This document shows positions 12,870-25,825 of a DNA stretch of 64,000 bases, piece by piece. The translations under genes were made by a program, and so were the position numbers. How positions within the stretch are numbered: the stretch's first letter is position 1; every line of letters begins with the position of its first letter. Under the pieces are notes generated by a model. The model ran no database searches, was not told the origin of the DNA, and saw nothing but the letters and a program-made list of their open reading frames with translations. Source of the DNA: Eremomyces bilateralis CBS 781.70 (lineage: Eukaryota). The DNA lies in NCBI GenBank assembly GCA_010015585.1, contig ML975179.1; one strand, 5' to 3'.

Positions 12870-15800
12870 ATGGTTCTCGTTGAGGGGAAGGAATATCTGT
12901 GCACTGAAGAGACCAGACTGAAAGAAGACCGCGAAAGGACAAAGTACTGGAAGAAATGGGGCCCATATACCGCTGAACGACAGTGGGCAACAGGTATGCT
13001 TGGACTCCCAGTGTCCAGTCCCCCACTAACTTTCCTGCAGTGAGAGAGGACTACTCGTGAGTGCCGCCGTCTCATTCCAAGACCTTTGTATTCTAACCAA
13101 CGCAGTGCCGATGGAGACGCTTGGAGCCGTAAGTAACGTGCTGCGAGAGGCTTGAACCTTTAGCTTATAGTGAGCAGACTTTCCTCACGACGATGCGCGA
13201 TCACGAGCCTACAGATGGGGCGAGGACGGTATCGCTGGCGTCTGCGATACCCACAGCCTCCAGCACATCGCCTTCTCCTTCTGGAATGGAAAAGAGTGAG
13301 GTTCTCCACATGGCGTATCTGGTGCAGCATAACTGATGTCACGTAGCCCGTACCTAAAAGAGCGGCTGTTTGGTCTCTCGAATCCTCAAGGGAATCATGG
13401 CGAGTCAATCAAGGAAGCCCACTTTCACCTAGACAATACCCCGACGGTATGTTTCCCTCTGGCCAAATTAATTTCTTATCTGACGTTTTACAGCATTCAT
13501 ACATGAAATACTTGTATAAATACCCTCAACAGGCCTTTCCATACGACGACGTGATCAAAGAGAACGCTAGACGAACTAGAAACGACCGAGAATACAATAT
13601 CCTAGACACCGGGATCTTCGATGAGGATGACTATTGGGATATCTTTATCGAAACGGCAAAAGAAGCCGATGATCCCGACGAACTACTGTTCCGAGTGACG
13701 GCGTACAATAGAGGATCACAGCGAGCACCTTTACATATCATTCCTCATGTCTGGTTCCGCAATACTTGGGCCTGGGGCCGGGAAGATGAGTCCAAAAAGC
13801 CTAACATTCGACGGTTGTCCCCCCTTGTCGCGGTATCAAGCCACCACAAGCTTGGAGATCGGTATATCCAGATGGCGCCGTCTCCTGGCATCGGCCGGAG
13901 TGGTGAAGATATCCAACCGTCCCTCATATTCACTGACAATGACACGAACTACATGCGTCTATACAACGCAGACGAGAATAAGACTCCTTTCGTCAAGGAT
14001 GCCTTCCACCGGTATATCGTCGATGGCGAAACCGAGGCGATCAACCCCGACAAAACTGGAACAAAGTCTGCATCGTGGTATGAGTTCAACGAAGACGGAG
14101 GTGTGGCTCCAGGGGAGTGTGCTGTGGTAAGATTCCGCGTCAGCAAGCGATACGAAGCCGACTACTTCGACGAAGAGCTTTTTGACGATATCATCGAACG
14201 CCGACGGGAAGAGGCGGACGAGTTCTACTGGCGCATTAGTCCGATGCCCATGTCGGAAGACCTACGCAACGTTCAACGACAAGCATTCAGTGGCATGTTG
14301 TGGTGCAAGCAGCACTACCTGTTCATATGGGATCAGTGGGCAAATGGGGATCCGTCCATGCCACCTCCTCCACCCGAGCGCATCAAGGTACGGAATTCAG
14401 GGTGGAAACACATCCACATGGATGATATTTTGTCCCTTCCAGACAAGTGGGAGTACCCATTCTTTGCCGCATGGGATTCGGCATTCCACTGCATCCCGTT
14501 GGCAATGATTGATCCCGACTTCGCCAAGAAGCAGCTTGACTTGTTCACGCGCGAATGGTACATGCATCCGAACGGTCAATTACCAGCATACGAATGGAAT
14601 TTCGGAGATGTCAACCCCCCAGTCCATGCGTGGGCACTGTTCCGAACGTTCAAGATCGAGCGGAAGATGTATGGCCGCGAAGATATCGACTGCCTCGAGC
14701 GTGTATTCCAGAAGTTGCTCATGAACTTTACATGGTGGGTCAATCGGAAGGACTTCGAAGGAAAGAATGTTTTCGAAGGCGGTTTCCTTGGTCTGGATAA
14801 CATTGGTCTTTTCAACCGTTCCGATCCTCTACCGACTGGAGGCACTCTCGAGCAAGCAGACTCGACAGGCTGGATGGCGTTTTACTGCTTGGGTATGCTC
14901 AACATTGCTTTCGAGCTTGCCAAGTATCGAAGCATCTACGAAGACATTGCCACCAAGTTCTTCGAGCATTTCATCTTGATCTCCGAAGCGATGCAGTATC
15001 GGACCGAAAGCGAGTCTAAAAGCCTATGGAACGAAGAAGACGGCTTCTACTACGACGCCATCAGCTGGGGAGATCAACATTCCATACAAATGCCAGTCAT
15101 GAGCTTGGTCGGGCTGATCCCAATGTTTGCAACTCTAACACTCGAGCCGCAGCTGATCAACAAATTCCCGAACTTCAAAAAGCGCCTCAACTGGTTCATC
15201 GAGAATAAAGCCGATGTCGCCGAGAGAAATCTTGCCAGCATGAAGATTCGTGGCAAGGATGATAGAATACTGCTCAGTCTCATGAGCAAGGAACGACTGG
15301 TCCGCACGTTGGAACGCATGCTTTCCGAGACACACTTCTTGTCCGACCATGGTATCCGAAGCATGAGTAGGCACCATAAGGACAGACCCTACAGTATGGA
15401 CGTCAACGGTCAGAAGTTCGAGGTCGCATATCTTCCTGGTGACTCAGACTCGGGGCTCTTTGGCGGGAACTCTAACTGGCGTGGACCGATCTGGATGGCC
15501 CCGAATTTCCTTCTCATTGAGTCTTGTCTCCGCAACCACATGTTTTACGGAAACTCGCTCCAAGTGGAATGTCCTACGGGATCAGGAAACTATATGCATC
15601 TTGGTCATGTCGCTGAAGAGCTCCAGCATCGTCTGACCAACATGTTCATGCGCGATGAAACCGGACGACGCGCCGCCAACGGCGGCAACGAGACACTGGA
15701 CTACGACCCCAACTGGCGGGACTGTGTTTGGTTCTTTGAGTTCTTCGATGGAGATACTGGCCGCGGTCTTGGAGCCAGTCATCAGTGCGGCTGGACCGGG

Positions 15801-16387
15801 TTGGTTGCAAAGATGATCCACGATACAGGGTATTTCCGTTGCATTTCCTTTATAGACGAACCTGCTAACCAGTTCCTTCCAGTATCAACTGCCGCCTCCC
15901 CCAAACACCACGCACCCCCTCCACAGCCGCTCAACACTACTTCGATGATGTGTTCACCCGCTCTCTCCGCTACTCCGCAGCAAACCCACCTACCACACCT
16001 GGCGGCACCAAGCCATCCCACATCCGGCGCTCCTCCTCCTCCCGCTCTATCGGCGCGCGCACCGACTGGGACACCAATGGTGCTGCCACGCCGCATGCTC
16101 GTCTCATATCCAATGGCGCGCGCACGCCTCGACTTGGCGACCATGTGATTGATGAGGAGGACGAGATTGACGATGAGGAGGACGACGACGGACTGTACTT
16201 CGCGGCGCCGCAGCGGTCGAACAGTGTAGGGATTCTAGATACGGAAGCGTTGAAGAAGCGGGAAGAGGCGGATCAGCATGTGCATCGGCATGTGAGTCGG
16301 CGGCTGGAGAGGCTGAGGACTGCTTTTGGGCGGGAAGACGAAGACGTTAGTGGTGGGGTGGGCGATGAAATTGAGGCAAGGCACTGA
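12870..16387 (+). CDS. GH63-like / MGH1-like glycoside hydrolase (yeast YMR196W type); 7 exons: 12870-12993, 13041-13056, 13106-13128, 13178-13295, 13347-13446, 13494-15829, 15883-16387
   Basis: 'WKKWGPY.AERQWATVREDYS', '[17 protein letters not shown]', '[11 protein letters not shown]', '[14 protein letters not shown]'; six GT-AG introns restore the frame. Confidence 0.93.
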
Positions 16388-16923
16388 GGTTGTGGCTGAA
16401 ATGATCTCGACGCTTTGATAAGAGGGAGAGCAGAATTGCATATGGAGCAGACGATTGGGGGCGTAAGGGACAGTAAGAGGTGCAATAGATCGACCCTCGA
16501 AGAACGGTCATAGGACGATAGTAGTATGGATAGATCGAGAATGATTTTTGAGACGGTATTTCTTCTCTATCATAGACTATTGATCCTGCTGCAGTATCAA
16601 CCTGTTGAGACGACTCGTTTCCCCCAGGAGGTAGCCACATATATGCTTAATCGACCATCGTCGTTACTTTGCTAATGAATTGACGGGGCTGACATTTATG
16701 CATCCAGAGGGAATCCTGAAGATTTATAGTCGGGTGAATTCTCCTGTCGCAGAGGCGATATCACCATTGTTTGCACATCAAACACGAAACACGAAAGAAA
16801 CGTTACTAAGTTACCTGGGAAACAATACCATTATTAATTCAAACGCCGTCTGTCTACGATCATTCCCGTAATGCCCTCAAAACCTTTCCCCATCTCTTCC
16901 GACTCGTCTACCTCCGCCGCACA

Positions 16924-17163
16924 TCATACCCTACGCGTAGGCTGCATCTCCACCTCCTCCCAAGCGGACTGGGTCTCCAGATCCTGGGCGGCCCTCGCCT
17001 GGCGCCCTCTCCGATCGACTCGTGACCTCCAAAGGAGCAGCAGGCCGATGGCGACGACGAAGAGCACGAACAAGCCGGCAAAGAGGGCGACGATGGCCAC
17101 TACGCCGCCGGGGAAGCTGGTGGTGGGAGAGCGGGGGAACTCGGGGGTTTCGACTGGCTGCAT
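16924..17163 (-). CDS. Small (79 aa) single-pass membrane protein, hypothetical
   Basis: ATG-started ORF with one strong TM helix (GVVAIVALFAGLFVLFVVAIGLLLLW) followed by a basic stop-transfer stretch; same C-rich 5'/G-rich 3' skew as the real genes here. Confidence 0.55.
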   Translation of the reverse strand: MQPVETPEFPRSPTTSFPGGVVAIVALFAGLFVLFVVAIGLLLLWRSRVDRRGRQARAAQDLETQSAWEEVEMQPTRRV

Positions 17164-18183
17164 GGCGGTATTGGGGAAGTGGGTTGCTGAAGGGGAGGTT
17201 CGGGGTGGGTTAGTGGTTTGCTATGAAGGGGTTAGGAACTCCTGTGGGAGTGGAGTTAGTAGACGCCTGTAGGTGGTGGTCTTGAGAGATATCGGCTAGT
17301 AACCTGTTTGCAGTGACTTGCTTGATGAGGAGGGAGTCTTGTGTGAGGAATCATACCACTGATGGAGTTCGAGGATCGAGATATATAACCGTTGCGGACA
17401 ATGACATGCTTGGGAAGATCTTTGTATAAAGAGACCATTGTTTTGCACTGCCAAAAGCACTGACAAGAGATAACGGACAATGGAACCAATCACTTTCTCT
17501 ATTCCTTTGTCTGCATACCTAGACATCCGCATTGTCACGGAGTAGTCCACGGAATAATCAAGTTATGCGGGCAAAGGCAAGCAAGGCATGTCCGTCCGCC
17601 CTTAAACCTCCTCCTCTCGGATGGTGCGAGAAGCAGGTCATTAAAAACGGACGGTGATCGATGATCTTGGAACAGTTAGAGGGCACTCAGAAGAAAGGGG
17701 GATTTCGTTCTCTGGTGCGTGACAAATTAGTTCCGATGCGTAGGATAGCAATGACGATGTTGCCCTGCATCAATTGTGGCATGGCGTTGACAGTTAACAG
17801 CACGCAATGCAACTCAGAAATGCAGGTTTCGTGGTGACATGACTTAATTGACTCGATTGAAACGGACCGCTGACTGTACAGGTTTCAACTCCTATGAACA
17901 CCGACCTCGAACGCCGAAAAGAAAATGGGGACGACCTGGTTCAGTCCCTGTCCATGCCTTCCGCTGGCTACTGTTGCCAGCATGCAATGATGGGTCCAAG
18001 AGTCGCCTCGTATCCAACCCCGACGGGCCAGATATGCGAGCAGCTGTCGGGAGCATCCGATGCCACGCAAACGGTAGTTTCGACACGCGGACGAGTGCGA
18101 TCATGCCGACGCCATTCCGCGATGATCGCGCGGCAAGTCGCTGACCGACAATCCGCACCACCAAACACCGATCCCGAAACGAC

Positions 18184-19653
18184 CTAAGCAATCATCCACC
18201 ATGCGCCACCCAGAAGGCCAGCCAGCAAGATGGTCGTCAGAAACCCGGCGCCCACCTTATCGCCGGTCGTGATGACATTATACGTCCGCGGATTCACCAC
18301 CTCCTCAGCCCCCGCGCCCGCGTCGCCCTTGCTCGTGCCACCATTGTTCGCCGTGACGGGCCCGTCCACCTTGTCGATCAGGTTGGCCTGGATGACCTCG
18401 AGCGCGCTCATCTGCTCACCGACGCCGGCCTCGCCATCGTAGGCGGCGCCGGCGGTCCACCGGAGCCCGCAGGTGACGCCGTCGGGCGCTCCGGAGCATT
18501 GGAGGGCGGCGGCTTTAGCGGACGAGCGGATGCGAGGCATGAGGAGTTCGTTGGTCCAGGAGGCGACTTTGACGGTGGCGGCCATCCAACGGGAGAGGTA
18601 GGCTTTGAAGGAGCGTTGGTCGACGTTGCAGGTGCCGGTGACTTCGCAGGCGACTTCAAACATGATTTCGCCTTCGAAGAAGACGCTGAGGCCGGCGATG
18701 ATGCCTTCGGTTCGTTTGCGCCATTTGTCGGCGTTGGTCTAGTGAAGGGTGGTTAACTCCGATCGGCGAACGGGAAAGAGTGCGGGAAGAAGTAGGGAGA
18801 CTTACAATGTTCCACATAGTCGCGGCGCCATAGAGGTAGACACCGGCATTGTAGGTCCATTGAATGTGGTTGACTTCCGAGCAATTCTGCCTGTCGTCGG
18901 TACCATCGTAGAAATGGTAGTCGTCGCTCATCAATCCGGAGCCGGCGGTCCAATCCCACATTTCATCCGCCCAGTTCACATAAGATTGATTGCCGGTATA
19001 CCGACCCAGGCGTGCCGCCATATTGAAGAAGCACCCGTTCGAGATGGTGTTCTTATAGTTATACCCATTGTTGAATGGGTAGATCTGCCACTTCAAGCCT
19101 CCATTACACGTCGCATTGTCCCATCGCGGGGCCTGAGTGTTGAACACCGCCTGCGCCAGCGCAAGCCATTGCGGCTGATCGGGCGGCGGGTCCGGGAATC
19201 CATTCTCGGCGGCCGTCAAGGCGGCCATGCCCCAGAAGGCCTGATCGTCGTTCCCTAATGTCCGTGTCTGGTTGTCCGGCATGAAGGCTTTGTTGGCGCC
19301 GACTTGATGGAGCAGCGCTTGGGTCGTGATATCGTTGAACTGCGTGTCTTTGGTGTAGTACCAGTAGTCGATGAAGCTGCCGAACATGGCTCCGGCTTCC
19401 CACCAGTAGTAGGGATCGGGGAGGTTACCGGGAATGTCGCCGGGTTTGTCGCCGGTGTAATACTTTCTCATGCCTTTTGCGACTGTTTGCGCGGCTTTCT
19501 TGATTGAATCTACGGTATAATGTTAGCATGCGAGGGATGCTTCAACGCTCTAGTTGACGCACCTGGTTGTCCTAGATCTAGATCGATCGCAGCCACCGAA
19601 TTAGCCCCAAGCAGAGCGCCACACAGGGCACCTTTCCATGATCTAAAGAACAT
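18184..19653 (-). CDS. GH76 mannan endo-1,6-alpha-mannosidase (DFG5/DCW1 family), GPI-anchored; exons 19653-19563, 19509-18806, 18738-18184
   Basis: Signal peptide, '[12 protein letters not shown]', catalytic '[10 protein letters not shown]', '[11 protein letters not shown]', C-terminal hydrophobic GPI signal. Confidence 0.95.
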
Positions 19654-21355
19654 GTTGTGCAAGAATTATGTCGTGAACAAGTAGGATCGTAGGTGGTTGA
19701 GGCGAGTCGTGAAGTGAACTCGGTCCTCCGAGTTCGACTTGACGGTCAACGTCAACGGATACTCGGGGCCGAATAAAGAGGAATACGGTCCCCTTCGCGT
19801 TCTAATCTTCGGCTTCGATGAGGCGTCAAATGAGGATATGTAGGGGGTGGAAGGATACGTAGGAGTGGGTATCGGAGCGGGGACTGGGGTGGAGAGATGA
19901 TCGACTAGGAGAGAACGAGCGTAATGAGCAGTTGGATAGTGCTGCTCGGAGGAATGGTGGTCAATAGTAACGAGAATAGTGGAGGGTAAGATGGAGATGT
20001 TGATGGTGAAGGGAAGTATAGCAGAATGAATGATGTGGGAAGACGAAGATGCACCAAGAGTCCAAGACATGCACAGCCTACGGGAGGTTTGCAGTTTGCA
20101 GAGTGTCGCATGAAATACGCGCGTAATCAAGGGGGGGCCTGCTGACAAAGGCTGATATTGTGATTATTTTCCCCAAACCCAGTTGTTTCATACTAGCGTA
20201 TTAAAAACCTCCAATCAGATAACAGGGAATTGTTTGAAGTTGCTCAATTAAGGGATATCTAACCAACCAGTCCCGTGATGTCACTGCCCATCGTAACACC
20301 ATTACACCAACCGACCAAGTTGAGGGCCACTCGGTTTCGGCGCTGCTTCAGCTTTTGAATGAGTTGAATCACATATGAATACACGGATAGTTACGCTTAA
20401 ATGTTAATTACACGGAATCCAGCCAGCCTACGATGAAGCATGCCGATGGTAAGCCAACTATCCACGAGCTTCCGGGGATTATGAGGACTACTACCGGCAG
20501 ACTACAGGCAATAGTAGTATTACCCAGCAGCAGATTAAGTCGTCTAAAAGACGAGCGACAAGTCCAAAAATAACCAGCAGAGAGTTCATTGACATTATGT
20601 ATTCAGAGCCGAAGACATTCAGATCCAAGACTCAGGTCCATCAGGTCCAATCGTATCTACAACGACGATCAAATCATCCCAAATCAAATATTCATATAAT
20701 TGCCACCGCTCCGGCGTTCCCCAGTGTCGTGTCGTAAGCGTCTGTCACCTCACATCATCTGCGCCCCTTTGCTGGCGCAATTCTGGTGTTATTGCCAGGG
20801 ACTCTCAGGGCTCAGGGTACGGTGCTTACAATTTGCCTGGCGGAATCACGTGAAACACCCCAGCAATTGCCCTGAGCAGCCACGGAACGCTGGAACTCCC
20901 CAGAAGGATTACATCGTCTGCAACCTCCGCTCGACTCGACACATCGTTCCTCTCTCCAAATCGATCCGATATCGTCTGACTGTTACTCTTGCGATCCCAT
21001 ATCATCTCACATCCTATATCAACGTCCTCCGTGATCTACTGTCCCAGCTCCGACCATCGCACATCGCCGGCCACTCCCACAGCCCAACTAAGCTCAAACC
21101 CGACCTCATACCCTAACGGTAACAGCACCCCAAGCCCAACTCACCCGCGGACCGTCCAGACTGATCGTTTGATTTCCCCGTTCAGCTTCCCTCTCGACGA
21201 TCCCGCCATTCCGTTCCACCGATCCCGTTGACTAGCGCATCCACCGTTGCGACCTGGCACGACCGAACATTCTCTCACAGAGCCCTCGAAGGAACCACAG
21301 CGCCGCTCGGCCCCCGAACCAATTCGAACGCTCCCGTTCACAGAACATCGCCAAC

Positions 21356-21841
21356 ATGTCGGATCGCGAACAGCCATACGATCCCTATATTCCGTCCGGA
21401 AACGCCAATGACGCCGGTGGCAGCAATAATGGACAAGGCGGCAACCAACGCACCGCCGCCCTTCAAGCCGTAGGTTTCTCCATCCCTGAAGCGTCGCTAT
21501 ATCGAATCGGACACGCAGCTAACAGATCCGGTTGTAGGAAATCGACTCCACCGTCGGCATCATGCGAGACAACATCAACAAGGTCTCCGAGCGTGGCCAG
21601 CGCCTCGATGCGCTGCAGGACAAGACCGACAACCTTGCCGTGTCCGCGCAGGGGTTCCGACGCGGCGCCAACCGCGTGAGGAAGCAGATGTGGTGGAAGG
21701 ATATGAAGATGCGGATTTGCATCATCGTGGGCATTATCTTGCTGTTGGTGGTCATTATCGTGCCGTCGGGTGAGTTTGATCGCCGGATTGCTAATCCAGG
21801 GGTTTCGCTGACATGATGGTTTAGTTGTCGCTACGCGCTAA
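21356..21841 (+). CDS. SNC1: Synaptobrevin/VAMP v-SNARE; exons 21356-21469, 21538-21769, 21825-21841
   Basis: '[25 protein letters not shown]...[18 protein letters not shown]' plus a C-terminal TM helix. Confidence 0.96.
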
Positions 21842-22291
21842 ATTTTTCCTGGGGTTGGAGTGGATGGGTGGACGAAGAGGGTTGGAATTGAGCGAGAGAG
21901 CCGGCGAGGTGTGTGTACGATGTGTTGGCTTGATACCAGCCAAGTCCGTTCTGTTGACTGGAGAGTTGATCGGCGATCAAGGAGTTACAATTGAGCGAAG
22001 CCATTTTCCACCTTCAATCCTGCACATGCTTCCCCATCGTGAGCAGTCCCCGCCTCATTGAACGGTGGCAGTTTTATGTTTTTTTATTCTTCGGGCATGA
22101 AATGCAGGTCGTCTTTGGTTTGAGCACCCGATGTCATGTCTGGCTTGGTCTAGTCATTTTGAAACTAATGAAACTTGTATATTCCGTGTTCAAATCACTG
22201 CTATGGTATTGGTCCAGGCCATATTCCCAACTAATACCTTGCTCAACCGTTCAAAATCCAGCACGAGGGAAACGACGACATCCATCAGCCA

Positions 22292-23350
22292 TCAAATCTC
22301 CGGGACCGCCACAATGTCCTGCACCATGTTCAGGAACCGCTCCCGATACTCATCCGGCCTTGTCGTGATGCTCATCTCCCCCTTCCGCGCAAAGAAGTTA
22401 AAACTCTTCACCAACCCCGACATCGCCTGCGCCCGCAACGCATGCTTCGCCCAGAAGAAATCCAGCACCACCGCCCGATACACCCACTCCCCACGCACAT
22501 CCACCATCCCATCCCTCCACGCACTCGACCGGCTCGTCAAGCACTTCACCTCCCGCTCACCGATGCCCTCCGCGTTCGGACCCGGATACCGGACCAGAAA
22601 CAGCGAGTAATCCACCGCATTATACTCCTCCAAAAACCCCGTATCCAGCTCCAGCAGCCCCAGCAACTCCTCGCGCGCCGTCGGTGATACCACGATCCGA
22701 TCCGGAAACTCATCCACCAGCCGCTCCTTCACGCCCTCCGACGCCAACCGGCCCCCCGCGATATCCCTCTCAGGAACAAAATACGTGCTCGGTTTCAAAT
22801 CGTACGTCTCCCAGCGAGCCTTCTCCGGGTCCTCGTCCCGCCCGTACATCACGTTCTCCATCACGATATGATGCGTCGGCGCCGCGCCGAGCAATCCGCC
22901 GATCGACGCCATGGGTGCGAACAGCAGGTCGGTGATCCGCACCAGCAAGCTCGTGGGATGCGCGTGCATGTGCGCCACATACGGGTCGAGCAGCTCCTCG
23001 GTGAAGAATCGATACTCGAACCGCCGTGGCAGGCTCTTGATCAGGTACTTCCCATTCGGCGTTGTGAAGAACGCGCTGCCGGAGTAGCCCAGGTCGCCGA
23101 TGGGGATCAACTGCCCTTTGTTCCTCCGCGTCGTCGCGCGGCGGAACGACTCGGTGTATTCGTGTTCATCGAGGGACCAGGCGTGTGTGCGGAGGGCGGC
23201 GAAGTCGGCGGGGTGGTGGCGGGTGAGGAGGAGGTGGAAGAGGCGGAGGAAGGCGAGGAGGCGGGTGAGGAGGGGGTAATTGGGAGGATGGGGGTCATGG
23301 AAGATGGCAGAGAGGATGGAGGAGGAGATGAGGGAGGCGCGGAGGGGCAT
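22292..23350 (-). CDS. Stand-alone phosphatidylinositol-phosphate kinase (PIP5K/SAICAR-synthase-like fold) domain protein, intronless
   Basis: 'GYSGSAFFTTPNGKYLIKSL', 'IVMENV', 'YDLKP', 'VDYSLFL', 'VLDF', 'PDEYRERFL' correspond to PIPK catalytic motifs. Start chosen at ATG 23350; an upstream in-frame start at 23425 is possible. Confidence 0.85.
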   Translation of the reverse strand: MPLRASLISSSILSAIFHDPHPPNYPLLTRLLAFLRLFHLLLTRHHPADFAALRTHAWSLDEHEYTESFRRATTRRNKGQLIPIGDLGYSGSAFFTTPNGKYLIKSLPRRFEYRFFTEELLDPYVAHMHAHPTSLLVRITDLLFAPMASIGGLLGAAPTHHIVMENVMYGRDEDPEKARWETYDLKPSTYFVPERDIAGGRLASEGVKERLVDEFPDRIVVSPTAREELLGLLELDTGFLEEYNAVDYSLFLVRYPGPNAEGIGEREVKCLTSRSSAWRDGMVDVRGEWVYRAVVLDFFWAKHALRAQAMSGLVKSFNFFARKGEMSITTRPDEYRERFLNMVQDIVAVPEI

Positions 23351-23706
23351 ACTGGAGGTGAGGGGGGGGAGAGAGGGGTGGTTATTGTATGCAATGCTCG
23401 TTTTTGAAGAGCATAGTGGTCGCATATACCAGTATATCTACGGTATAAATAGTGCTTGAATTGAGGTGGGTGGAAATGGGCATCTTTCAAGGCAAGGAGA
23501 GGTGGTGATGGATGGGAATTGGGAACGACGTCATTACCTTGGCGGGACAGCATCTCGATCTGATAGGGACAAGGGACAAGGGACGGATGTAACTGAAGCT
23601 TCAACCTTCGCGTATCAATATATTGATTTATATCTGTCAAGCCTTTATGCACTGTAAGCTACATTAATCTGTCTATGAATATGGTATTCCAACTTTGATC
23701 GGCCCC

Positions 23707-25179
23707 TCAGTTGGAGCTGGCCTGCGTCGGCGCCGTCGACCGCCGCAGCCAGGTCTTATCGCAATTCTTCACGGACCCAATTCCCGACAGTCCCATCGTC
23801 TGGTCAAAGTCCTGTCGAGGATTAGCACCGATGAACTCTACGAGCCTGCCATAACCACTTACCGCGAGAATGTACTTCAACACCTCCTTCGCGCCCTCCT
23901 TCCCCCGGATGCCCAACCCGTACACCCACGGCCTCCCGATGCACACGCCTTTCGCCCCAAGACACAGTGCCTTCACCACATCCGCGCCGGTCCTCACGCC
24001 AGAATCGAAGAGCACGTCGATCTTGTCCCCGACCGCCTCCACGATCTCCGGCAACACCTCCAAGCTCCCCACCGCGCCATCCACCTGCCTCCCCCCATGA
24101 TTCGACACCACGATCCCCTGCATCCCATACTTCACTGCCAACTCCGCGTCCTCCACGCACTGGATCCCCTTCAGCGCGATCGGCCCGTCCCAGTGCTTCC
24201 GGAGGACCGCCAGGTCGTCCCAGGTGTGGCCCCCCATGGTGAAGGTCTCCTTGGCCCAGATGGCGTAGGCGGCGAGCGTGTCCTCCTCGACTTCCTTGCC
24301 GGTTAGCTTCTTCACCTTGGCGCGGAAGGCCGGGTCGGAGAAGGGGACTTGGTTGCCCTGGCCTTTGAGGAAGGGGAGGTAGCCGGAGTCGAGATCCCAG
24401 GGGCGCCAGGAAAGGGAGAAGGTGTCGAGCGTGACAACCAGGGCGGTAAATCCGTTCTTCTTGGCTCGTCCGAGGATCTGGAGATGGGGTTAGAGTCCTT
24501 CTTCCCTGGAGTCCCTCACTGCGATTCACTTGACGTACTGATGCGGTGATCTCTTCGTCCTGAGGCCAATACAGCTGGTACCACCGAGGACCGTTCCCGC
24601 TGGCCTGAGCCACCTCCTCAATGCTACTAGTAGAAGCCGTGGACATGATATACGGCACCTCCAGCTCCGCCGCGATCTGCGCCATCCCGGTTTCCTTGTC
24701 GTCATGGAAGATCTGCTGCACACCCACCGGCGAGATAAACAACGGGTGCGGGTACTTCACGCCGAAGACGGTCGTCGACAGGTCCTGCGGCTGCGTGTCG
24801 CGAAGCATGCGGGGGACGATCTGAGGCGGGTTTAGTATTTGGCTCTCGCATTGACGGCCGAGAATGACATTGGGCGGGGTAGACCCGGATTGACGATCTG
24901 ACCGACCTTCCAGGCCCTGAAGGCACTCCGATTCGCGTCCATCGTGGCCCTTTCGCCAGCACCTCCAGCAACATAGGCGTACGAGCGGCTGGACAGGTAC
25001 TTTTTGGCTTCCGCCTCAAGGGAATTGGGGTCCGTGGTCACGGTCGGGATGGTGCCATGAAACATGCCTTTGTAGTAGGTCTCTGCCATAAGAGCGCCAT
25101 ATGGATTACTTGGAACTGGCTTGTCGCCAATCGATATCTCGTTCGTCTGCTGAGCGATTTCACTGGTGTTGTCCGACAT
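23707..25179 (-). CDS. FMN-dependent alpha-hydroxy acid oxidase/dehydrogenase (lactate 2-monooxygenase-like); exons 25179-24907, 24820-24539, 24477-23863, 23811-23707
   Basis: 'YVAGGAGERAT', 'PVGVQ', 'WYQLYWP', 'SNHGGRQ', 'DSGVRTGAD', 'GRP'; no cytochrome b5 domain. Confidence 0.93.
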
Positions 25180-25825
25180 GATGGCGACTTTTGACAATGT
25201 AGCACAATAATAAGAATGACAATAAAGCAAGTTGACAAGCTCAATTAATAAACTTCAAGCTCAATTGCCACAAGACAACGGGAATGTGATATGTACTACA
25301 AAACATTTGACTTCAAAGACAGCGGCATACACGTTCATGATCCAGTCCCGCTACCCCACATCTCCAACTCCCCCCACATCGACGGTTGAGACAAATATAC
25401 CACCGACCCTCGGCTTAGATTCCTTGGAGTACCCAACGTAGGATAAAAGTGGAATCATAAGAAATCGCCCTGCACGTCCCATTGCGTAATTAGACAATAC
25501 GTGTAGTCTCCAGTTGCATGAGGCAGCGCCAGCCTTGGGGCGACCCCGGTTTATACCGGCGTGGCTTCGTCGTATCCAGCCCAAAGCAATTGGAAACGTT
25601 ATCCAAGTTGCCGTAGAGCATGAACGGCTTGGGATTCGGACATGGCATGAGATCTCGTCTGTCGTCCATAGCAGGACCATTGTATCTCCTAGCGCTACGT
25701 CCCCAAACATGATCACACGCTCGAAAGTCAATGAGTAGGAAGGCTTGGGCCCGGATCCGAACGGATTCAACGACTGCTCTTGAGTATTCAAACGTCCTCT
25801 ATCCAAATCACTTCATCGAATGGAT

